This document shows, piece by piece, positions 10,530 through 20,286 of a stretch of DNA of 64,000 nucleotides. The stretch lies in NCBI RefSeq assembly GCF_004765795.1, contig NZ_SBIV01000001.1, positions 682,001 through 746,000 of the forward strand, read 5' to 3'. Below the pieces are notes generated by a model that saw only the letters and a list, made by a program, of their open reading frames with translations, was not told the origin of the DNA and did no database searches. Numbering within the stretch: the stretch's first letter is position 1; each line of letters starts with the position of its first letter. Position numbers and translations under genes: made by a program. This DNA comes from Halorussus marinus. Lineage in GTDB: Archaea > Halobacteriota > Halobacteria > Halobacteriales > Haladaptataceae.

Positions 10530-10651
10530 GGCGCCAGCACCGCGAGGCCGACGACGAGCGCGGCGATCGCGACCGCCCGCCACCCGCGTTCGAGGGCCAG
10601 CCACCACTGTTCGAGTCGGGCGAGAGAGTCCGAGAGCGACGAACCTGCCAT
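10526..10651 (-). CDS. 41-aa single-pass membrane microprotein (absent from ORF track)
   Basis: MAGSSLSDSLARLEQWWLALERGWRAVAIAALVVGLAVLAP; its TGA overlaps the YeiH GTG (GTGA). Confidence 0.65.
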   Translation of the reverse strand: MAGSSLSDSLARLEQWWLALERGWRAVAIAALVVGLAVLAP

Positions 10652-10767
10652 CCGTTGTCCCCATCCCCGCCCGGTTTCGGGTTAGTGGTTTCGATCCGGC
10701 TCTCCCGGTCGTCCGGTATCACATCGTTTAATGGCCCGACCTGCCACCCCGCAGGTACGACCCACAG

Positions 10768-12300
10768 ATGAGCCCCGAACCCGAAGACGTCTCCGAGGAG
10801 GAGCGCGACGCGCTGTTGACGATCGCCCACGGCGCGGTCGTCACCTCGGGCGGCGTCTCCGCCCAGCGCGCGCTGATCTCGGCGACAGAGTTCGTCCTCG
10901 CGCGCGGGCTTGGCCCGGTCGCCTACGGGGTGTACGCGCTCGCGTGGCGGATCGCGCAGTTGCTGATCCGGCTGGTCACCTTCGGGAGCGTCCCGACCCT
11001 CCAGCGGTACCTCCCGGCGTACGCCGAAGAGCCGGCGCGCCGATCGCGGGTCGCCGGACTCGCGTACGCCACCACGGCGGGGTTCGGGGTGGCGATCGCG
11101 GCGGGGCTGGGACTGCTTGCGCCGTGGATAAACGAGACGACGGTCGAGCATCCGTCGTTCCCGGCCGCGATGAGGCTGTTCGGCCCGCTGGTCCTGTTGT
11201 TCGGGTTCGTACTGGTCTACGCCGCGACCTTCCGCGCGGTCGGGTCGGCCCGGGGTGAGGTGCTTTTCAACAAGCTCCTCCGTCCGGCGGTGCGGCTGGT
11301 CGGGGCGGTCGGCGCGCTCGCGGCGGGCTACTCGGTGGTCGGCGTGACCGGCGCGTTCGTCGCCTGCGCGGCGGTGCTCGCCGCCGTCGGGTTCCCGGTG
11401 ACGGTGAAGGCGACGGGCGTCCGACCGACCGTCCGCGGCCTGCGGTCCGAGGCGCGTCGGTTCTACGACCACGCCGCGCCGGTGGCGATGAGCAACGTCG
11501 GGAAGGTGTTCCAGAACCGCGTCGACATCCTGCTCGTGGGCGCGATGCTGACCGCGGTGGCGGCCGGGATCTACAACGTCGTGCTCGTGTTGGTGTCGAT
11601 CGCGTGGATCCCCCTGCTGTCGTTCAATCAGCTGTTGCCGCCGGTCGCCTCCGACCTCCACTCGAACGGGCGGACGGAGACGCTGAACGCGGTCTACTCG
11701 TCGGTGACCCGACTGATCGTCACCACCGTGGTGCCGATCCTCGCGGTGCAGGTGGTGTTCGGTCGGGAACTGCTCGCGCTGTTCGGGCCGACCTACGCGC
11801 GGGGGTATCTCCCGCTCGCGGTGTACCTCGGGGGCGTGTTCGTCGGTAGCGCGGTCGGCGCGACCGGCTGGCTCCTCATGATGACCGACCACCAGTACGC
11901 ACGGATGGCCCTCGACTGGCTGTTGGCCGTCCTGAACGTCGTCCTGACCTACCTGTTCGTCGTCGAATTCGGGCTCGCGGGCGCGGCGCTGGGCACCTCG
12001 CTCGCGATCGCGGTGCAGAACGGACTGCAGGTCCTCCTGCTCAGACGCTTCGAGGGGCTGTGGCCGTTCGACGCCTCCTTCCTCAAGCCCCTCGTCGCCG
12101 GCGTCGCGATGGCGGCGTCGATGACGGCCGTCCGAATGACGGTGGCACCGCCGGGGGCGATCGGCGTCGGCCTCGCGGTCGGGCTCCCCGTCTACGTCGG
12201 GAGCCTCCGGGCGCTGGGAATCGACCCCCGCGATCGGCTGGTGGTTCGGGAACTCGCGGGCCGCTACCGGACCGACATCGCCGACGCCGTGCCGTTCTGA
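10768..12300 (+). CDS. Wzx/MOP-superfamily flippase (polysaccharide biosynthesis)
   Basis: LARGLGPVAYGVY, RVDILLVG, FGLAGAALGT; about 12-14 TM. Confidence 0.9.
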   Translation: MSPEPEDVSEEERDALLTIAHGAVVTSGGVSAQRALISATEFVLARGLGPVAYGVYALAWRIAQLLIRLVTFGSVPTLQRYLPAYAEEPARRSRVAGLAYATTAGFGVAIAAGLGLLAPWINETTVEHPSFPAAMRLFGPLVLLFGFVLVYAATFRAVGSARGEVLFNKLLRPAVRLVGAVGALAAGYSVVGVTGAFVACAAVLAAVGFPVTVKATGVRPTVRGLRSEARRFYDHAAPVAMSNVGKVFQNRVDILLVGAMLTAVAAGIYNVVLVLVSIAWIPLLSFNQLLPPVASDLHSNGRTETLNAVYSSVTRLIVTTVVPILAVQVVFGRELLALFGPTYARGYLPLAVYLGGVFVGSAVGATGWLLMMTDHQYARMALDWLLAVLNVVLTYLFVVEFGLAGAALGTSLAIAVQNGLQVLLLRRFEGLWPFDASFLKPLVAGVAMAASMTAVRMTVAPPGAIGVGLAVGLPVYVGSLRALGIDPRDRLVVRELAGRYRTDIADAVPF

Positions 12301-12366
12301 GGGGCGGTCGCGTGGCGCGTCGCGGCGACCGACACGGCCTTGGCGCCGACGCCACTACGTCCGCGT

Positions 12367-13329
12367 ATGCGCCGAGTCGGTCTCCGCGTCCTGACGGGGC
12401 TCGTCGGCCTCGCGCTTCTCGCGGCGTACGTCGGCGTCGCGTATCTCGGGTATCGACTGCTCGCGGCGATCTGGCTCGCCCGCGGCGACGTGTTCACGAT
12501 CGTGGCGTGGACGACCGGGCTCGCGGTCGCGTTCGGATACCTCAACTACCGGTTCGGTACGCGACGCCTGCTGGCGCGCCTCGACGCGGTCGAACTCCCC
12601 CGGAGTCGCGCCCCGGGCGCCCACCGCCGGCTCGACCGGCTCGCAGACAGGATGGACGCCGGGCGCCCGCGCCTGCTGGTCGCGGCGCTCGGGGCGCCGA
12701 ACGCGCTCGCGGTCCACGCGCCCGGCGGGAGCGCCGTCGTGGTCGACCGGTCGCTGTTCGGCCTGCTGTCCGGCGCGGAGTTCGAGGCGCTGCTCGCCCA
12801 CGAGCTCGCGCACCTCGAACGCAGGGACAGCCTCGTCCAGACGCTCGCGTACAGCGCCGGCCAGTCGCTGGTCTGGGTGGTCGTGGTCGTCGCGTTGCCG
12901 TTCGCGGTCGTCGCGTCCGGCCTCCAGCGCGCGCTCGACTGGCTCCGGGGACGACCGCCGGCCGAACGGGACCGGCCTGGCGCGGGGCTCGGGCGTCGGA
13001 TCGGGCAGGTGGTGCTGGTCGCGTTCTCCGGGCTCACCCTGCTCGTGCTCGCACACTCGCGGCGCCGCGAGCTCGCGGCCGACGACCGGGCCGCCGAACT
13101 CACCGATCCGCTCGCGCTCGCCCGCGCGCTCCGGAAGATAGAACGGGCCTCCCAACCCGGATGGGGACTGCTCTCGCCGCTGACGGTCCGGGGCGAGGAG
13201 GACGGTCCGCTGACCCGTCTGCTCTCGACCCATCCGACGATGGACGAGCGCGTCGAACGATTAGTCGCGCGCACCGACCGCGAGCCGACGGACGCCGAGA
13301 CCCGTGGTAACTGGCAACGTGAGGCGTGA
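12367..13329 (+). CDS. M48 (HtpX-like) zinc metalloprotease
   Basis: PNAL, AHELAH (HExxH), ELAAD, STHP. Confidence 0.92.
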   Translation: MRRVGLRVLTGLVGLALLAAYVGVAYLGYRLLAAIWLARGDVFTIVAWTTGLAVAFGYLNYRFGTRRLLARLDAVELPRSRAPGAHRRLDRLADRMDAGRPRLLVAALGAPNALAVHAPGGSAVVVDRSLFGLLSGAEFEALLAHELAHLERRDSLVQTLAYSAGQSLVWVVVVVALPFAVVASGLQRALDWLRGRPPAERDRPGAGLGRRIGQVVLVAFSGLTLLVLAHSRRRELAADDRAAELTDPLALARALRKIERASQPGWGLLSPLTVRGEEDGPLTRLLSTHPTMDERVERLVARTDREPTDAETRGNWQREA

Positions 13330-13381
13330 TACGCCCGAATCGGCCGTACGCGTTATTCGTCTGTAGCCACTAGACCCGGCC

Positions 13382-13972
13382 ATGAACCGACGAACGTTCT
13401 TGGCGGCGACGAGCGCGACCGCAGTGGGCGGGCTGGCCGGCTGTTCGTCTCCCGGCTCCGACGACGAGGAGACGACCGACGAGGAGACGACCGAGCCCGA
13501 CGCGGAGACCACGACGGAGGCGACCGACGGGGAGACGACCATGGCCGAGGAGGGCGGAGCCGTCGAGGTCGCGATGATAACCGAGGGAAGCGATTACTAC
13601 TTCGACCCCATCGGGGTGGCCGTCGAGCCGGGCACGACCGTCACGTTCGTCAACGAGAGCGGCTCGCACTCCTCGACCGCCTACGCCGAGTCGAACAGTT
13701 CCGCCGAGGTGACCCGGATCCCCGAGGACGCCGAGGCGTGGAACAGCGAGACGCTCACCGAGGAGGGCGCGACGTTCGAACACACCTTCGAGGTCGAGGG
13801 GACCTACGACTACTTCTGCATCCCGCACAAGACGCTCGGGATGGTCGGGCGGATCGTGGTCGGCGAGCCCGGCGGTCCCGCAGAGGGGAGCATGCCGCCG
13901 GACGGCGACGTGCCCGAGAGTTCGACCATCGTCGAGGAGGGACCGATCTCCTACGAGGAGTTCTCCGGGTGA
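13382..13972 (+). CDS. halocyanin/plastocyanin-family copper lipoprotein
   Basis: MNRRTFL...LAGC; HSST and YFCIPHKTLGM. Confidence 0.93.
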   Translation: MNRRTFLAATSATAVGGLAGCSSPGSDDEETTDEETTEPDAETTTEATDGETTMAEEGGAVEVAMITEGSDYYFDPIGVAVEPGTTVTFVNESGSHSSTAYAESNSSAEVTRIPEDAEAWNSETLTEEGATFEHTFEVEGTYDYFCIPHKTLGMVGRIVVGEPGGPAEGSMPPDGDVPESSTIVEEGPISYEEFSG

Positions 13973-14073
13973 GTCGGTCGCCGACGACCGCCCGGCGTCC
14001 GGCCGGAGCCGTTCGGTCGGTGCGACTCGCGCGAGCCAACCCTTAACAACCCCCTCGCCCTACCTCACACCGA

Positions 14074-15696
14074 ATGGCCGGCCAGCGACTCGGTAGTTCT
14101 CGGGTGAGCAAGCCGGAGGCCGCGGTGTTCGTCTCCGGCGTGGCGAGCATGGGCCTCGAAATTCTCGCGGGGCGGATCGTCGCCCCCCAGTTCGGGAGCT
14201 CGATCTATACGTGGGGGAGTATCATCGGCGTCTTCCTCGCGGCGCTGAGCCTCGGCTACCACCACGGCGGCCAGCGCGCGGCCGAACGGGCGGCCGACCA
14301 CCAGCTCGTCCGGCTGTTTCTGGGCACCGCGGCGTACGTCGCGGTGCTCATCTTCGCGGGCGACCTGCTTTTGGCCTCGACGGCCGCCATCCCGCTTCCC
14401 GGGCGGTTCGCCTCGCTCCCGGCGGTGACGCTGTTGTTCGGCCCGCCGACCTACCTGCTCGGGTTCGTCAGCCCCTACGGCGCGGAGCTGTCGGGTCGAG
14501 AAGTGGTCGGCGAGGCGTCGGGTCACGTCTACGCGGTCGGCACCGTCGGAAGCATCGTCGGCGCGTTCGGCACCACGTTCTTCCTCATCCCCGAGCTCTC
14601 GATCGTCCAGATCGAACTGGCGTTCGGCCTCCTGCTGGTCGGAACCGCGCTGTGGCTCGCGGCCCCGACGTTCCGGCGCCGGCAGGTCGCCGCCACGCTC
14701 GCGGTCGGGCTGTTGCTGGTGGCGGCGGCCGCGAGCGGCTCGCTTGGCGTCTCGGCCGCCGGACAGGTCGTCTACCAGACCCAGACGCCGTACCAGGAAC
14801 TCGAAGTGATCGACCTCGGCGACACCCGGACGCTGTACCTCGACGGCCAGCGACACAGCGCGATGGACCTCAGCGACCCCGACAGGCACGTCTTCGACTA
14901 CACGCGGTACTTTCACCTGCCGTACCTGATGGCCGAAGACCCCGACGACATCGACCGGGTGCTGTTCGTCGGCGGCGGCGGGTTCACCGGTCCCAAGCGG
15001 TTCCTCGAGGAGTACAACGCGACCGTCGACGTCGTGGAGATCGACCCCGAGGTGATCGACGCGGCGAAGCGCTACTTCGGGGTCGAGGAGTCACCCCGGC
15101 TCAACGTCTACAACGAGGACGGCCGGCGTTACCTCCGGGAGACCAACCGAACGTACGACCTCATCGTGCTCGACGCCTACAAGAAAGACAAGGTCCCGTT
15201 CCAGCTGACGACCGCGGAGTTCATGCGCCTCGCCGACAGTCGGCTCTCGGCCCACGGGATTCTCTTTGCGAACCTCATCTCCGCGCCCGACGGGCCGGCC
15301 TCGAAGTTCTACCGCGCCGAGTACAAGACGGTCTCGGAGGTGTTCCCGCAGGTGTACGCCTTCCCGACCTCCGAGACCGGCGCGATCCAGAACGTCGAAC
15401 TCCTCGCCACAAAGCGCGACGGCCGGGTCACGAAGGCCCAACTCCGCGAGCGCAACGACCGCCGGGACGTCGGCATCGACCTCTCGAACGAGATCAGTTT
15501 CTACCGGAGCGACGAGCGGACCGACGACGTGCCGGTGCTCCGGGACGACCACGCGCCCGTCGACAGCCTGCTCGACCCGATGGTGGGCCAGCGCTACGTG
15601 ATCGAGACCAGCCCCGATGCCAACGAGACGGTAGTCGACGGCGACCCGGCCGAACGACCGGCCGTGGTTGAATCGCCCGGACGGGCCGGGATCTGA
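14074..15696 (+). CDS. membrane-anchored spermidine synthase-like protein (fused MFS/SpeE type)
   Basis: About 7 TM then TPYQEL, LFVGGGG, VVEIDPEV, DLIVLDAY, LRDDHAP. Confidence 0.9.
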   Translation: MAGQRLGSSRVSKPEAAVFVSGVASMGLEILAGRIVAPQFGSSIYTWGSIIGVFLAALSLGYHHGGQRAAERAADHQLVRLFLGTAAYVAVLIFAGDLLLASTAAIPLPGRFASLPAVTLLFGPPTYLLGFVSPYGAELSGREVVGEASGHVYAVGTVGSIVGAFGTTFFLIPELSIVQIELAFGLLLVGTALWLAAPTFRRRQVAATLAVGLLLVAAAASGSLGVSAAGQVVYQTQTPYQELEVIDLGDTRTLYLDGQRHSAMDLSDPDRHVFDYTRYFHLPYLMAEDPDDIDRVLFVGGGGFTGPKRFLEEYNATVDVVEIDPEVIDAAKRYFGVEESPRLNVYNEDGRRYLRETNRTYDLIVLDAYKKDKVPFQLTTAEFMRLADSRLSAHGILFANLISAPDGPASKFYRAEYKTVSEVFPQVYAFPTSETGAIQNVELLATKRDGRVTKAQLRERNDRRDVGIDLSNEISFYRSDERTDDVPVLRDDHAPVDSLLDPMVGQRYVIETSPDANETVVDGDPAERPAVVESPGRAGI

Positions 15697-15845
15697 GGGT
15701 CGCTCTGTCGGCCCGCGATTCGGGCCGGCGACTCTCCGCGCTTCGACCGATATCGCCGGAGAGCCGCCGTCTCGACGTGACTTCGTTCTTACCCGAAACC
15801 CGACGAATCGACGCTTTCATGTACCGGTTGTCGGTTGTGGCTGAT

Positions 15846-18098
15846 ATGTCGAACAAGCGGTCGTTACAGTTTCGCAGACAGTTCCTCAGGGCGGGCCTCG
15901 CGGGTTCGATGCTTGGGCTGGCGGGGTGTGCGCGGCTCGCGCAAGTCCAGGAGTCCGACGGCGAACCGGAGCCGACCGAGGCGCCGGATCCGAACTTAGA
16001 GAGCGCGCGGTTCCGCTTCGAGTACGACGAGCGAGCCCGGCGGGTCGCGATCACCTACCGGGGCGGCGCACGGATCGTCGGCGGCGATCTCCAGATCCGA
16101 TCTACTACCGGGAAACAGATCGCCTGGTCGCAGCTCGGGTCGACGACGGCCGACACCGACGAGCCGATTCGGGCGGACGCGACCGCGAAGCTGGGGGCGT
16201 CGATTCTCAACTGGGACGATCCGGTCGACGCCGGGACGACGATCCGGCTGGTCTACACGGGCCAAGACGCGCCGGCCACGCTCGGGCGCTTCACGGCGTC
16301 GGGGACGACGACGCTCACGACCACCGTGCGCTCGACACCGACGACGGCAGCCACGACCGCCCCGACGACCGATTCGGCGACCACCACCCGATCGACTACC
16401 GCGTCCACGACGACCACGCCCGACGAGACCCCGCCGTCTATCAGAGCGCTGAGCGTCGCGAACACCGGCGACGACACCCTCAGGATCTCGTTCGACTCCA
16501 GCGAGCGACTCGCCGCGATCCGGGCCCGGATCAGCGGCGCCGCGTCGGTCACGCTGACCGCCAGCGACTTCGATGCCAGTCGAACCGGCGACGCCTACAC
16601 CTACGAGGCGACCTATCAGGCCACGACGACCGGCACGTTCACGGTCACGCTCACCCGCGCCGTCGACGCGAGCGGGAACGACGGCGCCGGGACCGACGAG
16701 GCCAGCGTGACGATCGAGACCGACGGCTCCGGGGACCCCGTCGCCGGCGACCAACTCCTCGCGCGCTGGCCGCTCCGGGACGGACTGGGCGATTCGGTCG
16801 GCGGCCACGACGCGAGCGTCGACCGCGGCGATCCCACTTCGGACACGTTCGCCGGCCGGTCGGCGACCGCGTTCCACGGCGACGTCGGCGCCCGGATCAG
16901 TCGCGGCGACCACGGCGAACTGAGTCTCCTCGGTCGAAACGACGGAGCGTGTTCGTTCAGTACGTGGGTCCTCTTCGACACCGACGCGGGCGGTCGGCCG
17001 TACGACAGCGGCGAGACGGCGGTTCACACTCTGCTCCGGAACGACACGGGCTACGTCATCACCGGAGCGCCGGCCGAAGACGCAGACGGCGTCGACATCG
17101 GCTTCGCGATCCGCGACGTCGGCGCCAGCGCCGCCCAGAAGTACACTATGCCCGACGGCGACAACGTCGTCGTCTCGACCGGCGAGTGGCACCACGTCGC
17201 CGTCGTCGTCGACCCGACGAACTCCGTCCGGATCTACGTCGACGGCGACCGCGAGTTCAGCGACGACTCGATGGACGGGTACAGCGAGCAAAACAGCGAC
17301 TACTGGAGCGACCTGACGCTGGGCAGTTGGTACGGCGGCAACCCCGCCAAGTGGGCGAACATTCTGAACGGGAAGCTCTCGGACTTCCGCATCTACGAGA
17401 CGGGACTCTCGGAGTCCCAGATCTCTCGGATACACGAGGCCGGCGCGACCGGCGAGTCGAACTCCGACGAACTGTCCGCGCCGATCTCGGCGGAACACGG
17501 ACTCGCACACCACGACGGCGTCGTGTACGGCGTCTCCGACGGACAGATACTCGCGTACGACCTCGAGGCCGACGAGATCACCGACCGGATCTCGACGCCG
17601 AGCGACGGTCAGCCCGAGGGGCTCGCGTACGGGAACGGCTCGCTCTGGTTCGCCGACGCGATCGCCTCGGACTACGACGGGAAGATCGTCGAACTCGACC
17701 CCGCGACGGGGGACGTCGAGTCCGAGATCTCGACGTCCTGGGACCCCCGCGGGCTCGCGTTCGGTGGCGGATCCCTCTGGGCCGTCGACATCACGGGGAA
17801 CAACGTCGTCGCCTTCGACCCCGACGGGACCGAACAGGGGTCGTTCAGTACCGCCGACGTCTCGTGGGGCCAGGGACTCGCCTACGCCGACGGCTCGCTG
17901 TGGCTCGGCAACGACTGCGACGGCGACGGCTGTACCGTCTCGCTCCGGGAGTTCGACACCGACGGGAGCCTCATCCAGCGGACCGACCGGCGCAGCGCCA
18001 GTCCCACCACGGGGTACGGCGGCCTCGCGGCGACCGATTCGAAGCTCCTCGGTCCGAGTTCCGACGGCTCCGTGACCGAACTCCGAACGCTCGAGTAG
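15846..18098 (+). CDS. multidomain Tat lipoprotein: Thr-rich linker, Ig-like, LamG-like, beta-propeller
   Basis: FRRQFL...LAGC; GEWHHVAVV..IYVDG..GKLSDFRIY (LamG); repeated GLA(Y/F)xxGSLW blades. Confidence 0.85.
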   Translation: MSNKRSLQFRRQFLRAGLAGSMLGLAGCARLAQVQESDGEPEPTEAPDPNLESARFRFEYDERARRVAITYRGGARIVGGDLQIRSTTGKQIAWSQLGSTTADTDEPIRADATAKLGASILNWDDPVDAGTTIRLVYTGQDAPATLGRFTASGTTTLTTTVRSTPTTAATTAPTTDSATTTRSTTASTTTTPDETPPSIRALSVANTGDDTLRISFDSSERLAAIRARISGAASVTLTASDFDASRTGDAYTYEATYQATTTGTFTVTLTRAVDASGNDGAGTDEASVTIETDGSGDPVAGDQLLARWPLRDGLGDSVGGHDASVDRGDPTSDTFAGRSATAFHGDVGARISRGDHGELSLLGRNDGACSFSTWVLFDTDAGGRPYDSGETAVHTLLRNDTGYVITGAPAEDADGVDIGFAIRDVGASAAQKYTMPDGDNVVVSTGEWHHVAVVVDPTNSVRIYVDGDREFSDDSMDGYSEQNSDYWSDLTLGSWYGGNPAKWANILNGKLSDFRIYETGLSESQISRIHEAGATGESNSDELSAPISAEHGLAHHDGVVYGVSDGQILAYDLEADEITDRISTPSDGQPEGLAYGNGSLWFADAIASDYDGKIVELDPATGDVESEISTSWDPRGLAFGGGSLWAVDITGNNVVAFDPDGTEQGSFSTADVSWGQGLAYADGSLWLGNDCDGDGCTVSLREFDTDGSLIQRTDRRSASPTTGYGGLAATDSKLLGPSSDGSVTELRTLE

Positions 18099-18367
18099 GC
18101 CGGTCGAGTCGGTCGCGATCGGCTCGTTCGGCTGACACTCGTGCTGTGGCGTCGGGCCGACCGAGACGGCCGCGCCATCCAAAGCATCGTCGACCGCCGG
18201 ACACGGGACCGCGAGTTCGTCGTCTTCTCCCCGATTACCGGCGCCTCGCGGACCCATCTCCTGAGGAGTAGATGGTAAGCAGGGACGCGAGACGTCGGTG
18301 GCCAAATCCGGCATCCGGCCGCTCCGTTCGTTCACATTTAGATAGATAGAGTATGTAGGATGAAATA

Positions 18368-19027
18368 ATGGCGCGAGACGAGCCGTGGCAAGACGTTCCT
18401 CTGGAGGACGGAGAGACGATGCTCCATTCGGAGTTTCTGAACGCAGACGAACTCGCACCACAAGACCAGAATACGGTGTCTGAAGCCCTCGAAAAGGCGA
18501 TATTCGGCATCTCCAAAAACGACCTCGACAGTCACGTCCACACACTGATGGCGGAGTTGGACACCGACGAGCCTCTATCGGACGGAGAACGCGACGTACT
18601 GATCGCTCAGATAGACGCGCTATTAGACAAGCGACTGGAACTCCGACATCGTGAATTGCTGTGGCTGAAGCGGATCGTGATCGGCGCCGGGTTCGTAATA
18701 ACGTGGATCGGGTCCGCCCGCGAAATCGAGTTACTCCCACCGATCACGATACCGGGAAATCCGTTTGCTGGCGTGGTTCCGTTTTTGCTTTCGCGTTCGA
18801 ACCTGATTCTGGCTCTGCTCGGAGTTTCCTTGACGCTACTGGGACTCCTCTTTACCGTCCGGACGCCCAAACCCCTCTCCGGGGAGCGAACGCGCCACCA
18901 CCTCCAGCGCGTGAAGTCGAATCAAGACCAGATGCAGGACGTCCTCGAACAGCAGACGGAGTTTCTCGAAGCCCTCCAGGACCAATCCCGAGCTATCGAA
19001 CGGATCGAGTCGGAGTTTGAGACCTAA
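18368..19027 (+). CDS. hypothetical 2-TM protein with C-terminal coiled coil; atypical codon usage
   Basis: Acidic 219-aa ORF with AT-rich upstream region. Confidence 0.7.
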   Translation: MARDEPWQDVPLEDGETMLHSEFLNADELAPQDQNTVSEALEKAIFGISKNDLDSHVHTLMAELDTDEPLSDGERDVLIAQIDALLDKRLELRHRELLWLKRIVIGAGFVITWIGSAREIELLPPITIPGNPFAGVVPFLLSRSNLILALLGVSLTLLGLLFTVRTPKPLSGERTRHHLQRVKSNQDQMQDVLEQQTEFLEALQDQSRAIERIESEFET

Positions 19028-19407
19028 AAGCCGAACTGGAAGACGAATAGAAGACGCCCAGTAGACCGGGTAACTCCGGGAAGCTACGGCTACCGGCTAC
19101 GACGGCCGTGAGCAGGGCACCTGCGAGCGTGAAGGCGACGAGTTTGTTATCGGGGACTGGAATGGACACCATCAGTTACACCCCGTTTGTGAATCGCTCG
19201 CTACTGCGTGTCGGTCGTTTTTTTCTTGCCATTGCAAATAGGCGGTGAGGACCGCCTCAGTAAACCGTTCGCGTCCAACTCTCGAACCTTCGTACACCTA
19301 TCGAATCGAAAGGGACACTGGCTATCGTCCCGACGCGTGCTGTCTGGCGCCACGACTGCAACGACCAGGATGGGACGAGTCTTCGTGACCGCAGTCTCGA
19401 ACGCCGC

Positions 19408-19704
19408 CTACTCCTCCAGCACGATCTGCTCGCGCGGCATCGTCTCGCCGGACTTCTGATCGTAGATCTCCCAGAACTCGGAATCGTCATCCAACTGGTT
19501 TGCACAGGCTCGACACCCCATGTGGTTGTTCGTCATCTCCCACGGTGTGTGGCCGTTTGGCGTAGATATCGCGGGCCGGGCAACTCGGGAGGTGATCCTG
19601 AATTCCCTGCTGGTCGCGAATCTGAGTGCCACAGAGCGCGCATTCGTGGTGATGACTGTGGTTTTCCCGCTCTCGTAGTGGCGGTACTCGATCACGCCGA
19701 CCAC
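19408..19704 (-). pseudogene. fused, frameshifted remnants of small zinc-binding proteins (probable proviral relic)
   Basis: Frame 1: PNGHTPWEMTNNHMGCRAC...EIYDQKSGE; alternate frame: ECALCG...DHLPSCP (19577-19645). Confidence 0.45.
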
Positions 19705-19795
19705 CCCGAAGATGACCCGAGAACGACAGCTACGACTCTTACGGGTTTACGTCGCTTGGTGACACCAGAAACCTTCGCAACGCTTAATTTCAGAA

Positions 19796-19970
19796 TGGGG
19801 TCGGAGGGATTTGAACCCCCGATCGACTGATATCTCCGGTGCGCCTCGGAACTCCAGAGGGTCGTCAACGCGGTCGATGATCAGTCGACCGCTCGGTATA
19901 TCAGCTGGAGTTTCGTCCCGGGCGCGTAGCCTCTGGAGTCAGTCGCCATCCCTGACTTGGCCACGACCCC
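19796..19970 (-). tRNA. trnW: tRNA-Trp(CCA) with 101-nt intron at 37/38 (exons 19933-19970 and 19796-19831)
   Basis: GGGGTCG/CGACCCC acceptor stem, ACTGA-CTCCAG|A-TCAGT anticodon arm, GGTTCAAATCC T-arm. Confidence 0.97.
19832..19932 (-). ncRNA. tRNA-Trp intron-encoded box C/D guide RNA
   Basis: C-like GGGACGA, D' CCGA, C' TTGACGA, D CCGA; guides CCTCTGGAGTT and GCTGATATA target C34 and U39 by the D+5 rule, as known for haloarchaeal pre-tRNA-Trp. Confidence 0.9.
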
Positions 19971-19994
19971 GCAGCCATTCGTTGGTCCATCCGC

Positions 19995-20010
19995 ATTAAA
20001 GGGGTTTCGA
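19995..20010 (-). promoter_or_regulatory. BRE/TATA promoter of tRNA-Trp
   Basis: Minus strand TCGAAACCCCTTTAAT about 25 nt upstream of the tRNA. Confidence 0.75.
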
Positions 20011-20014
20011 TTGC

Positions 20015-20242
20015 TTACTCGCGGTCGGTGTCCGACCAGTCACAACCCTGACACTTCCACCCGGTGACGAACGCGGTCACGCTGGGCATGTAGCCGACTT
20101 CGAGCACGTCGCCGCCACACTCCGGACACTCGCGGTCGGCGGCTTCGATGGCTTCGGCGTCCATTACGTCCTCACCCTCGATCAACTCGGCGAGGGAGTT
20201 CGGCGTGACCATCCGGCCCTGCACGACGCGGTTGTCTGGCAT
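20015..20242 (-). CDS. small CPxCG zinc-finger protein (DUF5795-like)
   Basis: MPDNRVVQGRMVTP; CPECGG...CQGCDW. Confidence 0.88.
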   Translation of the reverse strand: MPDNRVVQGRMVTPNSLAELIEGEDVMDAEAIEAADRECPECGGDVLEVGYMPSVTAFVTGWKCQGCDWSDTDRE

Positions 20243-20286
20243 ACGAGATGCAACTCGGTCCGGCGGGGTAAGCTTTCCCGTCCGGG

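Noticed and set aside
8167..11892. 1241-aa ORF suggesting a giant PaaK fusion
   Set aside because: Only the last 428 aa are PaaK; the rest is Arg/Gly-rich off-frame or antisense read-through of the YeiH and flippase genes
16300..16430. ACG/ACC-rich repeat tract
   Set aside because: Simply encodes the Thr-rich linker of the lipoprotein
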